The notes under the pieces: generated by a model
The model's database searches: none
Seen by the model: the letters and a program-made list of their open reading frames with translations, nothing else
Told to the model about the DNA's origin: nothing
Source of the DNA: a bacterium
GTDB taxonomy: Bacteria > Patescibacteriota > Patescibacteriia > JBAXGH01
NCBI GenBank assembly: GCA_037139515.1
Contig: JBAXGH010000003.1
Span: forward strand, 12,800 to 76,799
Reading direction: 5' to 3'
DNA: 64,000 bases
Position numbers and translations under genes: made by a program
In this document: positions 1 to 10,492 of the stretch, in pieces
Numbering within the stretch: the stretch's first letter is position 1
Layout: each line of letters begins with the position of its first letter

Positions 1-410
1 AACGATGAGCTGACCGCGACAACCGAAATCACGAAAAACATGTCCCCACTTCCCTGTTCTACGAGCGCCGTCGTGATTGCCCAAGCAAGCGCCAGATAAA
101 AAGTTGCGCGCTCAACTGGTTTATAATTCCCAAATCTGTCGAGCGCCCAAATCAGAATGAGCGTCAGAAAGAACATGAGCGACGCCGTTGATGCCTGGAC
201 GATGCGTGTATTCAGAAGCGCGTAGAAGAACGATGAGACGAAATAGGCCATACTGACCACGAACGGCAGAAATGCAATTGCTTCGGCTGAGCGCTTCTCT
301 GACACGGTGCAAAACTGTTTCCACATCCCATAAGCCTGTAGGATCCCAACGGCAAGAGTCAGCATTGCAATCAGCGTTGCTGGATTCCAACCAAAGTTTT
401 CAAGCTCCAT
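1..410 (-). CDS. Hypothetical polytopic membrane protein, partial (C-terminus lies beyond the window start)
   Basis: ATG at 408-410 (minus strand) opens a stop-free frame running to position 1. It encodes a strongly hydrophobic, multi-helix sequence (MELENFGWNPATLIAMLTLAVGILQAY...). The ORF-track entry 121..390 is in a different frame and is not protein-like. Confidence 0.4.
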   Translation of the reverse strand, partial: MELENFGWNPATLIAMLTLAVGILQAYGMWKQFCTVSEKRSAEAIAFLPFVVSMAYFVSSFFYALLNTRIVQASTASLMFFLTLILIWALDRFGNYKPVERATFYLALAWAITTALVEQGSGDMFFVISVVAVSSS

Positions 411-498
411 CTGAGCCTCCGTGAATCGCCATGAAGAGCCGATGTTTTCTACCACTATAATCCCCTTGCGTCAATCGACCATAACAAAAAACCGCGCT

Positions 499-1692
499 CT
501 AACTAGCCGCGGCCTGTGCTTGTTTTGATTTTTCGACCTTTGGGAAGGGCAAGAGTACGAGAATCAGATTTATCGCGGCAATCAGCCAGAACACTGGCTT
601 ATTGTCGCTTGTCGCAATCGCTGAAGCGACGAGTAGAAATGGGATTTCGATGATTCTCTGAGTAAAACTGATCATCGAGCCGGTTGTGGCGCGAACCTCG
701 TCAGGGATGAACCTGTTCATGCTTTCCAGGTAGTAAACATCGCGCATTTCGGAAATCACCCAGGTCAGGAACGCAATCGGCACCAGGACCCAGACATTAT
801 CGACAAGCGCGATCGTGAGCGTTCCACCTAGCGTAAATATGGTCGCGTAATTCACGAAGTTATGAGCTTTGATGCGCTTCTTGATCCAGGTAGCAAAGAA
901 GCTCCCGTGAATCATGAGAACGAGATGCGAAGTTGCATACCAGATGAGCAGATGGATCTCGGTGAAGCCGACTGCCTTGAAACGCAGGATGTACGCGGCC
1001 CAGAAAATAAGCGACGAAGTGAAACGGAGCCCGTCGTGAAGTGAAAGCATCCGAAGCGCCTCGTGTTCGACGAGCGGTCTCAAAGCGTCTCGAAGCGACG
1101 TCTTCTTTATGGGTGCTCCCGGCTCAATCAAGAACAGCGTCGGAATGAGCGCCAGCGTCATGAAGGCCGCCGTAATCCAGGCAAGCGCGTCAGAAAGATC
1201 ACCATCTGTGTACCAATATGCGAGCGGAAATCCCGTGAATGGCACAAAGATTTTGATCAGATATTTGGCGCTTGAAAGCTTGCCGTTGTTCTTGGTTACA
1301 TCTTGATTGAGTTGCCTCGACGTTTCAACGAGCAGCGCGTCCTGTGTTCCTGAGTGGAAAGCGTGACCAAGTGCCTTGGCTGATTGGATCACAAGCATCG
1401 CGATAAATCCGCTAGCAAAAGCGAAGGCTGTGTTTGCAATCGCGAAGATAGCGGTTCCGATCAAGAGTCCGCGTCGCCGTCCCAAGACATCGCCGATCCA
1501 CCCGGTCGGAATCTCGGCGACTATGGTCACAATAGTAAACGCGAGAAAGAGCAGATAGACTTCGCTTTCCGAGACACCACGCGTGATTAGGAATGCGGTG
1601 AAAATCGGGTTCAGGAACTTCGCCTCACAAAACACAGTCTTGATCTGCAAAAGCGGCAGATTCCATGCCAATTTCCTGGTGGGTTCATCCAC
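499..1692 (-). CDS. MFS (major facilitator superfamily) transporter
   Basis: 397 aa with about 12 predicted hydrophobic helices. MFS-like loop motifs are present (GWIGDVLGRRRGLLIG resembles the conserved G-x-L-x-D-R-x-G-R-R motif). Confidence 0.75.
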   Translation of the reverse strand: MDEPTRKLAWNLPLLQIKTVFCEAKFLNPIFTAFLITRGVSESEVYLLFLAFTIVTIVAEIPTGWIGDVLGRRRGLLIGTAIFAIANTAFAFASGFIAMLVIQSAKALGHAFHSGTQDALLVETSRQLNQDVTKNNGKLSSAKYLIKIFVPFTGFPLAYWYTDGDLSDALAWITAAFMTLALIPTLFLIEPGAPIKKTSLRDALRPLVEHEALRMLSLHDGLRFTSSLIFWAAYILRFKAVGFTEIHLLIWYATSHLVLMIHGSFFATWIKKRIKAHNFVNYATIFTLGGTLTIALVDNVWVLVPIAFLTWVISEMRDVYYLESMNRFIPDEVRATTGSMISFTQRIIEIPFLLVASAIATSDNKPVFWLIAAINLILVLLPFPKVEKSKQAQAAAS

Positions 1693-1781
1693 GATGTCCT
1701 CCCGAATGAAAGGTGCGAGCTAAAACCCTACAGAACAAAAACAAATACGTCAATCAAGCCGTATTTGTTTCAAAATTTAAA

Positions 1782-1964
1782 TTAAACCGCAGTACTAAGT
1801 AAATAACTTGAAGCAATTGCGCCGATCATAAGCATAAGCCAAATCGCAGCCGGAACATACATATCTTTATCATCCACAAATCCGATAAAACCCAAAAATA
1901 TCGCAATCAGTCCGGTGATTACCGCGAGTACATTCAACACGATTCTCATTACAAAGATTGCCAT
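1782..1964 (-). CDS. Small two-helix membrane protein (hypothetical)
   Basis: 60 aa, two hydrophobic helices; no homology recognised. Confidence 0.3.
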   Translation of the reverse strand: MAIFVMRIVLNVLAVITGLIAIFLGFIGFVDDKDMYVPAAIWLMLMIGAIASSYLLSTAV

Positions 1965-1986
1965 AAGGATATTATACCAGATAATT

Positions 1987-2766
1987 TTACTTGGTAAAAA
2001 TCACCCAGTTCGATTGCCGATCAGTTGCACTCTGAAGATAGCCGATTGACTTTAAATCATCAGAAACCGGATCGCGATACCAACCCTCACTCCATGATCC
2101 CATGTCCAGATTAAATGCCTCACGCACATCAAGCTCGACCAAGTCTTCGGCGAAAACTGACAGTTCAAGCAAGTCTCGCGATTCAATGATAGCCGTTGTA
2201 CCGTCTTTTAGTAGCGTTAGAGCGCGGCGCTGATACGGTGTGCCTGCGAGCATTTTCTGCGCTGACCCCTGATGAACCAATAAATGCCCTTGAATCAATG
2301 AAGCGCTGTCATTTTCCACGGTCTTTAAATAGTCTTTAGTTAAAAGTTTACCATTATTAGTTTCAAAGATATTTACAGTACCGTCTGCACGAAAAAAAGC
2401 CGCGCCATTCCATGCCTGGCGTTCGCGCGCCTGAATAATCTTGCCGTTAAGTACCACGAAGCCTTCCGGCTTGTCTGTTGGGCTTGTATAGGTGCCAGGA
2501 ACGCTCAAGACTATCTTTTCATCATTCCGGCTTGGGCGTTCGAGGCTAAGCTTCGCCGAACCTTTTAAAAGAGTAAAAATGTAGTAATCGTGTTTATTTT
2601 TAGTGTTCTTTTGTGATACTGATATAAACTTATTTGAAACATAAGAGCTCTTGCCTGCATCTGGCAAATGTTTTTCATCTTCAGCAACAACTCGTACATC
2701 AACGCATCCTGCTCCAAAAAAAATAAGCGAAGCGGTAAAGCAAATACCAGCAGTTCTTGCTCTCAT
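1987..2766 (-). CDS. Putative lipoprotein of the phosphodiester glycosidase (DUF2233/NAGPA-like) family
   Basis: N-terminal signal with a lipobox-like GAGC. The C-terminal NLDMGSWSEGWY resembles the NLDGG(G/S)S motif of phosphodiester glycosidase family proteins. Confidence 0.45.
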   Translation of the reverse strand: MRARTAGICFTASLIFFGAGCVDVRVVAEDEKHLPDAGKSSYVSNKFISVSQKNTKNKHDYYIFTLLKGSAKLSLERPSRNDEKIVLSVPGTYTSPTDKPEGFVVLNGKIIQARERQAWNGAAFFRADGTVNIFETNNGKLLTKDYLKTVENDSASLIQGHLLVHQGSAQKMLAGTPYQRRALTLLKDGTTAIIESRDLLELSVFAEDLVELDVREAFNLDMGSWSEGWYRDPVSDDLKSIGYLQSATDRQSNWVIFTK

Positions 2767-2768
2767 AA

Positions 2769-3983
2769 TTAATTTGCGACCAGGAAGTTTAACGGATTCT
2801 GAGGAACGCCGTTCGAGCGGGCTTCAAAATGCAAATGCGGACCAGTTGAAAGACCGGCTCCTGGAGTTCCAGGCGTACCTCCGGAATAGCCAATAACGTC
2901 ACCGCGCTCTACGTAGGTGTCGGGTTTTACGACCATGCGAGAAATATGCGCGTAAAGAGTTGAGATACCGCCGGAATGAATCAAAACAATATAGTTTCCG
3001 TACATCGTGGTACCAAGTTTAGCTGTACCAACATAACCGGGAGCGGCCGCATGAACAGGAGTTCCCTGAGGAGTCGCTAAATCCAAGCCTGAGTGCTCGA
3101 ACAGGCGTCTGAAAGGATAAGTTGGATCATGAAAAACAACCGTAATCACGCGGCTCGAAACCGGCCAAGAAAGCAAAGTTCCCCCGCCGATAGTGTCATC
3201 GTTTTTCTTTAATACATCTTTTAAGCTGCCTTCAAGTCGTCGAACTTGAGCTTCCGTTGCCATTTGCTCATCACGAATATCGGCGAGCAAAGCCTGGAAT
3301 TTCTGTTCCGACATGGCGGTCTGTTGCATGAGTTGGCTCTTCGCAATCTGCTCATCATCCAAAGTTGTTTTCAATCCCTGAAGCTCAGCGCGCTGATTAT
3401 CAAGCGTGACGCGCTTAGAATCAGCCTTTTGCTTTCGCACCAACATGTCGTCACGCAAGCCCTTCAAATCATGGACCGCTTCAAAAGTTCGCTCTTCGAT
3501 ATCACGCATTCTTTCAACACGATCAAAAAACTCCGAAAAAGTATCGTTGTTCAAAAGAATTTCAAGCGTTGAGGTGCCGTCTGATTCGCGAATATTGCGC
3601 ACCAGTTCAGAAACCAATGCTTTCTTCCGCGACATTTCCGAGGTCTTGATTTCAATTTGGCCCTCAAGAAGTCCAATATCTGTAATCGTACTTTCGATTT
3701 CCTGATTCAAGGCCTGGATGTCAAGTTCAGTGGCAGCTGATTTATTTTCGAGAATCGCGATTTGATTCGAAAGCGAAGCCTGCTCAGCTTCCTTTTTCGC
3801 GATTTCGTTACGATAAGCGTCGGCCTGTTTTTTAATCGAATTGATGCGGTCTTTCTTGGCGTCGATAGTATCTTTTATTTCCAGTACTTCGTCCTTAGCA
3901 GCCAAAGAATACAACGAAGCACCCGTGATTGACGCGAGGCAAAGCGCTGTAACTGCGATTTGAACTCTTAAAGAACGAAGCAT
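2769..3983 (-). CDS. M23 (LytM) family peptidase with N-terminal coiled coil (EnvC-like)
   Basis: Signal/TM N-terminus, then a long coiled-coil region. The C-terminal M23 domain carries the metal-binding block GPHLHFEARSNGVPQNPLNFL. Confidence 0.8.
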   Translation of the reverse strand: MLRSLRVQIAVTALCLASITGASLYSLAAKDEVLEIKDTIDAKKDRINSIKKQADAYRNEIAKKEAEQASLSNQIAILENKSAATELDIQALNQEIESTITDIGLLEGQIEIKTSEMSRKKALVSELVRNIRESDGTSTLEILLNNDTFSEFFDRVERMRDIEERTFEAVHDLKGLRDDMLVRKQKADSKRVTLDNQRAELQGLKTTLDDEQIAKSQLMQQTAMSEQKFQALLADIRDEQMATEAQVRRLEGSLKDVLKKNDDTIGGGTLLSWPVSSRVITVVFHDPTYPFRRLFEHSGLDLATPQGTPVHAAAPGYVGTAKLGTTMYGNYIVLIHSGGISTLYAHISRMVVKPDTYVERGDVIGYSGGTPGTPGAGLSTGPHLHFEARSNGVPQNPLNFLVAN

Positions 3984-3999
3984 GGCTTGAATTGGTAAA

Positions 4000-5469
4000 C
4001 TATTTTAATTTAGCAAGCGCTAGTTTAATCCGACGCACTGATTCATCACGGCCAAAGATTTCCATGAGTGTAAACGGCGGCGGCGATTTTTCAGCTCCGG
4101 AAAGCGCCACGCGTAACGGCCAGAAGACATCGCCATTCTGGAATCCATGGCCCGTCACCCACTCCTTAAGTATACCCTCTATGTGGGCTTCCTTCCATTC
4201 ACCTTCAATGCCTGCCAAATATTCGGAGAGCTGGGTCAAAACATTTAGAGCGATTTCGCGTGAAGATTTCTTCCAAACCAGCATTTCGACTGCATAATCA
4301 GGCAGTGTTGATAACTCTTTCAAAGCCACTGCAACATCACGAAGCGTGACAGCTCTTTCGCGCGCAGCATTAAAGGCCGCAGCATAAGAAACGAAAGCTT
4401 TTTTATTGATTTCAAGCTCTTTCAGAAATGGTTCCGCGCGTCGATCAGCTTCTTCCACACTTAAAGCGCGTAAATACTGACCGTTCAACCAATCAAGCTT
4501 GGCGCGGTCAAAAACGGCGCCGGCTTTACCCATATCGGAAAGATTGAACTCTTTGATGAGTTCCGGAAGTGTATAGATTTCCTTAGAATCTGACGGATTC
4601 CAACCCAAAATCGCGAGGAAATTGATGACTGCTTCTGATAAGTATCCAGCCTTAGCATAATCCATGGCCGCGACATCGCCCTGACGCTTTGAGAGCTTGG
4701 TTTTATCCGGATTCAAAAGTAGCGGAAGATGCGCGAATTCCGGCACCGCCCAACCAAAAGCCTCATATAAAAGAATATGTTTCGGCGTGGACGAAAGCCA
4801 CTCTTCGCCACGAATCACGTGCGTCGTCTCCATAAAGTGGTCATCGACAATTGCGGCCAGGTGATAGGTCGGGAAACCGTCTGACTTGATGAGGACCTGA
4901 TCATCAACCGTATCCGACTCAAAACTAATCGGACCACGAATCACATCTTTGAATGCAATCGTCCGGCCTGGTTCGATTTTGAAACGAATAACATTTGCTT
5001 CGCCAGCTTCAAGACGTCGCGTCACTTCTTCGGCAGACAGAGTTTTGCACAATCCGTCATATTTCGGCGGAATCTTTTGAGCTTCCTGAGCCGAGCGCAT
5101 TTGATCCAACCGATCCGCAGTACAAAAACAATGATAAGCCTTGCCTTCTTTTACAAGTTGATCAGCATACTGTTTGTACATCGGAAGACGCATTGATTGC
5201 GTATATGGCCCCTTTTCACCCTTTTCCAAAACTTCGCCATCTTTCAAATACGGACCTTCATCGTTCGCGAGTCCCGCCCAAGCCAAAGATTCCAAAATAT
5301 TTTTGACTCCGTCAGCCACAAAACGCGCCCGATCCGTATCTTCGATGCGAATAAAAAACTCACCGCCATGGTGACGCGCAAATAAATAATTGATGAGAGC
5401 TGTTCGTACTCCACCGATGTGGAGATAACCGGTCGGGCTAGGAGCAAATCTAACGCGTATTTTTGACAT
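4000..5469 (-). CDS. gltX: Glutamate--tRNA ligase
   Basis: Class I aaRS signature PSPTGYLHIGG (HIGH) and KLSKR (KMSKS). Full-length similarity to bacterial GluRS. Confidence 0.95.
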   Translation of the reverse strand: MSKIRVRFAPSPTGYLHIGGVRTALINYLFARHHGGEFFIRIEDTDRARFVADGVKNILESLAWAGLANDEGPYLKDGEVLEKGEKGPYTQSMRLPMYKQYADQLVKEGKAYHCFCTADRLDQMRSAQEAQKIPPKYDGLCKTLSAEEVTRRLEAGEANVIRFKIEPGRTIAFKDVIRGPISFESDTVDDQVLIKSDGFPTYHLAAIVDDHFMETTHVIRGEEWLSSTPKHILLYEAFGWAVPEFAHLPLLLNPDKTKLSKRQGDVAAMDYAKAGYLSEAVINFLAILGWNPSDSKEIYTLPELIKEFNLSDMGKAGAVFDRAKLDWLNGQYLRALSVEEADRRAEPFLKELEINKKAFVSYAAAFNAARERAVTLRDVAVALKELSTLPDYAVEMLVWKKSSREIALNVLTQLSEYLAGIEGEWKEAHIEGILKEWVTGHGFQNGDVFWPLRVALSGAEKSPPPFTLMEIFGRDESVRRIKLALAKLK

Positions 5470-5486
5470 ATATATTTCTGGACAGT

Positions 5487-6245
5487 CTATCGTTTTGTGA
5501 TGAATTCGTAAATAAGCGCACGAATCGGAAAGATGAAAACTGCATTAATAATTCTTCCTAGGCGTTTCGGTTCAAGATACAATCTCCAGAGCCACTCAAA
5601 CTGATTTCTCATCCAGGCAGGAGCGCGCGGCAAGGTCCCGGCAATCATCGCGAACGCCCCGCCGCAACCGATTGCGATTTTCACATCCGGCAATTCGCGC
5701 AGATGCTGCAGAATCCATTCTTCCTGCTTCTTCATACCAAGTCCAACCATCACAACACATGGTCCGACAAGTAGAAGCATATCTTGAACTCCGTCCGGCA
5801 TCGACCACCCACTTCCCTCTTTTAAAACAATAACCTGAGCCAGCGAAACAGTTTTTAAACCGGGATTTTCTGCAAGCATGATTTTTTCGGCGCCTTTGTT
5901 CGATAGCTCATCGCCACCAATTAAAACTACCGCCCAGCCATTTTCTGCGGCGATTTTCGCAATCGGCAGCAACAAATCAGAACCTGAAATTCTTTCAAAA
6001 ATATGTTTTCCGATGAGTCGACCGACGAGTTTTAAGCCGAAACCATCTGGAGTTCGAAGATCAAAACAGGCCAGTCGCGAAGCAAACTCAGGCTCGCGAA
6101 TTGAGGCAAGCAGGATCTCCGGGTTTGGAGTTGCAATCAAAGTCTGCTCTCCTTTTTGAGAACGGTCTTTAATCAGAGCGATACAATCGGCCTGGCTATG
6201 CGAAAAAATCAGTTGTCCACAAAGCTCAATTTCGCCGAGTTTCAT
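5487..6245 (-). CDS. WecB/TagA/CpsF family glycosyltransferase (N-acetylmannosaminyltransferase-like)
   Basis: 252 aa with the typical WecG/TagA architecture; conserved central GGDE-like and C-terminal blocks. Confidence 0.75.
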   Translation of the reverse strand: MKLGEIELCGQLIFSHSQADCIALIKDRSQKGEQTLIATPNPEILLASIREPEFASRLACFDLRTPDGFGLKLVGRLIGKHIFERISGSDLLLPIAKIAAENGWAVVLIGGDELSNKGAEKIMLAENPGLKTVSLAQVIVLKEGSGWSMPDGVQDMLLLVGPCVVMVGLGMKKQEEWILQHLRELPDVKIAIGCGGAFAMIAGTLPRAPAWMRNQFEWLWRLYLEPKRLGRIINAVFIFPIRALIYEFITKR

Positions 6246-6342
6246 AAGTTAGCATTATCGCTCTTTTTAGCTGTATAATCAAGTAATCAGGGGCGCGCAC
6301 AAACCCTTGACCCAATGAAAGAATTCAAGTATTATCTCCGTA

Positions 6343-6369
6343 TTAGCAGTCTAATCCCGAGAGTGCTAG
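6343..6369 (+). promoter_or_regulatory. CIRCE-like inverted repeat (HrcA operator) upstream of clpB
   Basis: TTAGCAGTC-N9-GAGTGCTAG against the CIRCE consensus TTAGCACTC-N9-GAGTGCTAA, 7 nt upstream of the clpB start. Confidence 0.55.
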
Positions 6370-6375
6370 TCGCCT

Positions 6376-9057
6376 ATGCCTATGCTTCCCCATAATTTTA
6401 CCAAGCGATCACAAGAAGCTCTTCAGCGCGCCCACGCGCTTGCTATTCGTGATCTTCCGCATGAACTCGATCCGATGCACATGCTTTACGCGCTTCTCGA
6501 TGAAAACGAGGGCACGGTCGTTCAGATTTTCGAAAAGCTTTCGATTGATATAGACACAGTGCTTGATGAACTCGATCGCCATCTCGACGCCTTACCACAG
6601 ACCCTTCAGGGTACACCGGCACCAAATGGCCAAGTCGCAATCACCCCGTTCTTCGCAAAATGCGTGGAAGCGGCTGATGCTCGCGCCAAGTCTTTCGGTG
6701 ACTCATTTATTTCAACCGAGCATCTCTTGCTCGGCATTCTTGATACCGACTGCCCGGCGAACCATGTTCTGAAACGTTTCGATATTAAAATCGAAAAAGT
6801 TTTAGAGATTTTGAAGAGCATTCGTGGTACGCAGAAAGTCGATACTCCGGAACCAGAATCCCGTTATCAGGCGCTCGAAAAGTATGGCCGCAATCTGACT
6901 GAGATGGCCCGCACTTCGAAACTCGATCCTGTTATCGGTCGCGATTCCGAAATTCGCCGCGTCATGCAGGTTCTTTCACGCCGCACCAAAAATAACCCGG
7001 TCTTGATTGGTGAAGCCGGTACCGGTAAAACCGCTATCGTCGAAGGGCTCGCCCAGCGCATTGTCGCGAATGATATTCCGGAATCTCTGCGCGATCGCGA
7101 AATCGTGGCGCTAGATATTGCAGCGCTCATCGCCGGCACCAAGTTCCGCGGTGAATTCGAGGAACGTTTGAAAGCTGTGATTCGCGAAGTTGAAGAATCG
7201 AACGGGAAAACAATTTTGTTTATTGATGAGCTTCATACCATCATGGGTTCGGGCACGTCAGACGGCGGCACTCTTGATACGGCAAACATTTTGAAGCCGG
7301 CACTCGCCCGCGGTCAGCTCAAAACCATCGGCGCTACGACCCCAAAGGAATATCAGCGCTATATCGAACGCGACAGCGCACTTGAGCGACGTTTTCAACC
7401 GGTTACCGTTGCCGAACCTAGCGTCGAAGATACCATCGCGATTCTCCGCGGTATCAAAGAAAAATACGAAGTTCACCACGGCGTTCGCATTACTGACGGC
7501 GCAATTGTAGCCGCGAGCAATCTTTCGAGCCGATACATTAGCGACCGTTTTCTACCCGATAAGGCGGTTGATTTGATTGATGAAGCCGCTTCAGCGATGC
7601 GCATGGAAATAGATTCCATGCCGGTTCCGCTTGATGAAATGAAACGCTCGCTCATGCGCCTTGAAATTGAAAAGCGCGCTCTTACGAAAGAAACAGACGC
7701 CGAATCAAAAGCCCGTCTCGCTAAAATCGAATCTGAACTTTCAAATATTTCCGAAAGAAGCCAGGAGATGGAATTAAAATGGAAAAACGAAAAAGAAGCC
7801 ATCACCGCGATTCGTGAGTCAAAGAAAAAACTAGAAACCTTAAGAACTTCTGCTGATTCGACCGAGAGAACAGGTGATCTTCAAAAAGTCGCCGAGATTC
7901 GTTATGCCGAAATCCCGGCTGAAACCGAAAAAATCAAGAAACTCGAAACTCGTTTGCGGGAACTTCAAAAGGGCCGCGGAATTTTGAAAGAAGAAGTCAC
8001 CGACGAAGACGTAGCTTCGGTGGTTTCGAAGTGGACCAAAATCCCGGTCACAAAAATGCTCGAAACCGAAGTCAATAAACTTGTTAAACTGGAAGACGAG
8101 CTCGGTAAGCGTGTTATTGGACAAAAAGAAGCCATTACGGCGCTTTCGTCAGCTATTCGCCGTTCGCGCGCAGGTTTGGCCGAAGAGAAACGCCCGATTG
8201 GATCATTCCTTTTGCTTGGTCCGACAGGAGTCGGCAAAACCGAACTCGCCCGCGCGCTCGCCCACTATATGTTCGATGACGAGCAGTCTTTGATTCGCGT
8301 CGACATGTCGGAATACATGGAAAAGCACAATGTCGCCCGCATGATCGGCTCGCCTCCGGGCTATATCGGCCACGAAGAAGGCGGGCAGCTCACCGAAACC
8401 GTTCGTCGCCGTCCGTATTCAGTAATTCTCTTCGATGAAGTCGAAAAGGCTCACCCTGATGTCTTTAATGTCTTGCTTCAGATTCTTGATGATGGTCGCC
8501 TGACTGATGCCAAGGGCCGCGTCGTGAACTTCAAAAACACCTGCATTATCATGACCTCGAATATCGGTTCAGAAATGATTCTGAACTCCGGAAAAACGCT
8601 TGAAACAATCGGTTTCGCGGCAAATAAAGAAAAGAAAGAAGAAAAAGAAACCGAGCTGCGCAAACGTCTCAATCCGATGTTGCAGGAACGCTTCCGTCCG
8701 GAGTTCCTGAACCGCGTTGACGACATCATCCTCTTCCACACGCTCACCATGGATGATCTTCTAAAGATTGTCGACATTCAGCTTGATAGGGTCCGTATTC
8801 GCCTGGCGAAGGAGCGCATGAATGTAATCTTCACCCAGGAACTCAAAGAATATCTCGCAAAGAAAGGCTTTGATCCGGCTTATGGCGCCCGTCCGATGAA
8901 GCGCCTTATCGAACGCGAAATTCTTGATCCGTTGTCAGTTGAAATCATCAAGAACGGCATCACTCCAGGAGTAACGTTCGCAATCGACTACAAGAAAGAT
9001 AAAGTCGTCGTGAATCACGCAAAAATAGACACAAGCGAAATGGTCACGGAACGATAA
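6376..9057 (+). CDS. clpB: Chaperone ClpB (Hsp100 disaggregase)
   Basis: 893 aa with an N-domain and two AAA+ modules. Walker A motifs GEAGTGKT and GPTGVGKT are present, with a long coiled-coil middle domain between NBD1 and NBD2. Confidence 0.95.
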   Translation: MPMLPHNFTKRSQEALQRAHALAIRDLPHELDPMHMLYALLDENEGTVVQIFEKLSIDIDTVLDELDRHLDALPQTLQGTPAPNGQVAITPFFAKCVEAADARAKSFGDSFISTEHLLLGILDTDCPANHVLKRFDIKIEKVLEILKSIRGTQKVDTPEPESRYQALEKYGRNLTEMARTSKLDPVIGRDSEIRRVMQVLSRRTKNNPVLIGEAGTGKTAIVEGLAQRIVANDIPESLRDREIVALDIAALIAGTKFRGEFEERLKAVIREVEESNGKTILFIDELHTIMGSGTSDGGTLDTANILKPALARGQLKTIGATTPKEYQRYIERDSALERRFQPVTVAEPSVEDTIAILRGIKEKYEVHHGVRITDGAIVAASNLSSRYISDRFLPDKAVDLIDEAASAMRMEIDSMPVPLDEMKRSLMRLEIEKRALTKETDAESKARLAKIESELSNISERSQEMELKWKNEKEAITAIRESKKKLETLRTSADSTERTGDLQKVAEIRYAEIPAETEKIKKLETRLRELQKGRGILKEEVTDEDVASVVSKWTKIPVTKMLETEVNKLVKLEDELGKRVIGQKEAITALSSAIRRSRAGLAEEKRPIGSFLLLGPTGVGKTELARALAHYMFDDEQSLIRVDMSEYMEKHNVARMIGSPPGYIGHEEGGQLTETVRRRPYSVILFDEVEKAHPDVFNVLLQILDDGRLTDAKGRVVNFKNTCIIMTSNIGSEMILNSGKTLETIGFAANKEKKEEKETELRKRLNPMLQERFRPEFLNRVDDIILFHTLTMDDLLKIVDIQLDRVRIRLAKERMNVIFTQELKEYLAKKGFDPAYGARPMKRLIEREILDPLSVEIIKNGITPGVTFAIDYKKDKVVVNHAKIDTSEMVTER

Positions 9058-10452
9058 ATGTGCGAAAATACCGTCATGATAAAACCATGGCGGTGTTTTT
9101 GTTTAGCGGTTGTTATTTTTTCGCTTCTCACTCCTCCCAGAGCAGAGGCTTCGGTATTTGATTTTATCGTTTCGGATGCCGACATGACTGATAGCGGCGG
9201 CATGAGCCGAGATATGCTCAAGCGCTTCCTCGCCGAACGCGGGGCGCTTTCAAAGCAAAACTTTATCGATATTGACGGTAAGAAAAAACCGGCCTATGAA
9301 ATCATCTACCGAGCCTCGGTAAAATATCAGTTGAATCCGAAATTTTTTATCGCATTATTACAGCGCGAACAAAGCTTGATTGAGGACGCGACGCTTACCC
9401 AGGATCAGCTTGATTGGGCGCTCGGATATGGGATTTGCGATAGCTGCGATAAATCTGATCCGCGGCTTTTGACGTATAAAGGATTCGCAAATCAACTTGA
9501 GAATGCCGCCCGCAGACTGCGCGAGATTTTTGATGCCGAGATTGGCTTTAAAGTAGGTTCGACTTTTAATATCGACGGTATTCCGGTGAAGCCTGAAAGC
9601 AAAGCAACCGCTGCGCTTTACACCTACACCCCTCATCTGCTCGGTAACAATAATTTTCGAGATATCTGGCGCCGATATTTCCTGATGCGATACCCTGACG
9701 GAACTCTTCTTCAACCGCGTGGAGAAGACGGCGTGTATCTGATTTATTATGGCCGGAAACGTGCCTTTGCTTCGAAATCTGCGCTCACCTCGCGCTATGA
9801 CCTGAATAATATCATTCAAGTCGCACGCAATGAGCTAGATGCTTACGAAGACGGCGTACCGATTCAATTCCCAAATTTTTCTCTACTTCAAACCGCTGAT
9901 TCGGCAATATTTTTACTCGCCGACGACACACTGCGCCCGATTGACCCGGAAACATTTCGCGCTATCGGTTGGAGTCCAGATGAGCTAATTCCGGTTGAAG
10001 CAGCTGACATAGAGAGCTACGGCATGGGCACTCCAATAAGCGCCGAGCATCCAACTATTTCCGACGAACTCGTAAGACTATCAAACGGCAACACTTTCGC
10101 GCTACGTGATGGTGTCAGACACCCGATCCTCTCTCCGGAAATTCTCCGCGACCGCTACTCTGATTCCATACCTCGAAAAATCGCGCCAAACGAACTTACC
10201 AAAACCACTCTCGGTGAACCGATACTCTTCAGAAACGGAAGCCTCATCAAAGCTCGCGGAACCTCGACGGTTTATCTCGTCACGAACGGAGCCCGTCGCC
10301 CCTTTTTAACCGAGAAAGCCTTCCGTTCATACGGATTCGAATTCCGAGATGTCGTGACCACAACCAAAGCAGCGCTTGAAATTCACGCTCTCGGAACGCC
10401 AGTTTCCATTCTTCCGCCAACTTCTTCAATCCTGACATCCCTTTCCCCATAA
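9058..10452 (+). CDS. Secreted hypothetical protein with internal ~50-aa repeats
   Basis: N-terminal signal peptide (start more likely at the M at 9076). Four recurring blocks are visible (GVYLIYYGRKRAFASKSALTSRY / TFALRDGVRHPILSPEILRDRY / TVYLVTNGARRPFLTEKAFRSYGF). Confidence 0.5.
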   Translation: MCENTVMIKPWRCFCLAVVIFSLLTPPRAEASVFDFIVSDADMTDSGGMSRDMLKRFLAERGALSKQNFIDIDGKKKPAYEIIYRASVKYQLNPKFFIALLQREQSLIEDATLTQDQLDWALGYGICDSCDKSDPRLLTYKGFANQLENAARRLREIFDAEIGFKVGSTFNIDGIPVKPESKATAALYTYTPHLLGNNNFRDIWRRYFLMRYPDGTLLQPRGEDGVYLIYYGRKRAFASKSALTSRYDLNNIIQVARNELDAYEDGVPIQFPNFSLLQTADSAIFLLADDTLRPIDPETFRAIGWSPDELIPVEAADIESYGMGTPISAEHPTISDELVRLSNGNTFALRDGVRHPILSPEILRDRYSDSIPRKIAPNELTKTTLGEPILFRNGSLIKARGTSTVYLVTNGARRPFLTEKAFRSYGFEFRDVVTTTKAALEIHALGTPVSILPPTSSILTSLSP

Positions 10453-10492
10453 CCCTTTACCCTCTCCGAGACCAGATGTAAGCTATAAGTAT

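Noticed and set aside
121-390. ORF-track entry (89 aa, minus strand) at the window start
   Set aside because: The sequence is not protein-like, and it lies in a different frame from the long stop-free hydrophobic frame that starts at the ATG at 410. The partial membrane protein 1..410 is preferred.
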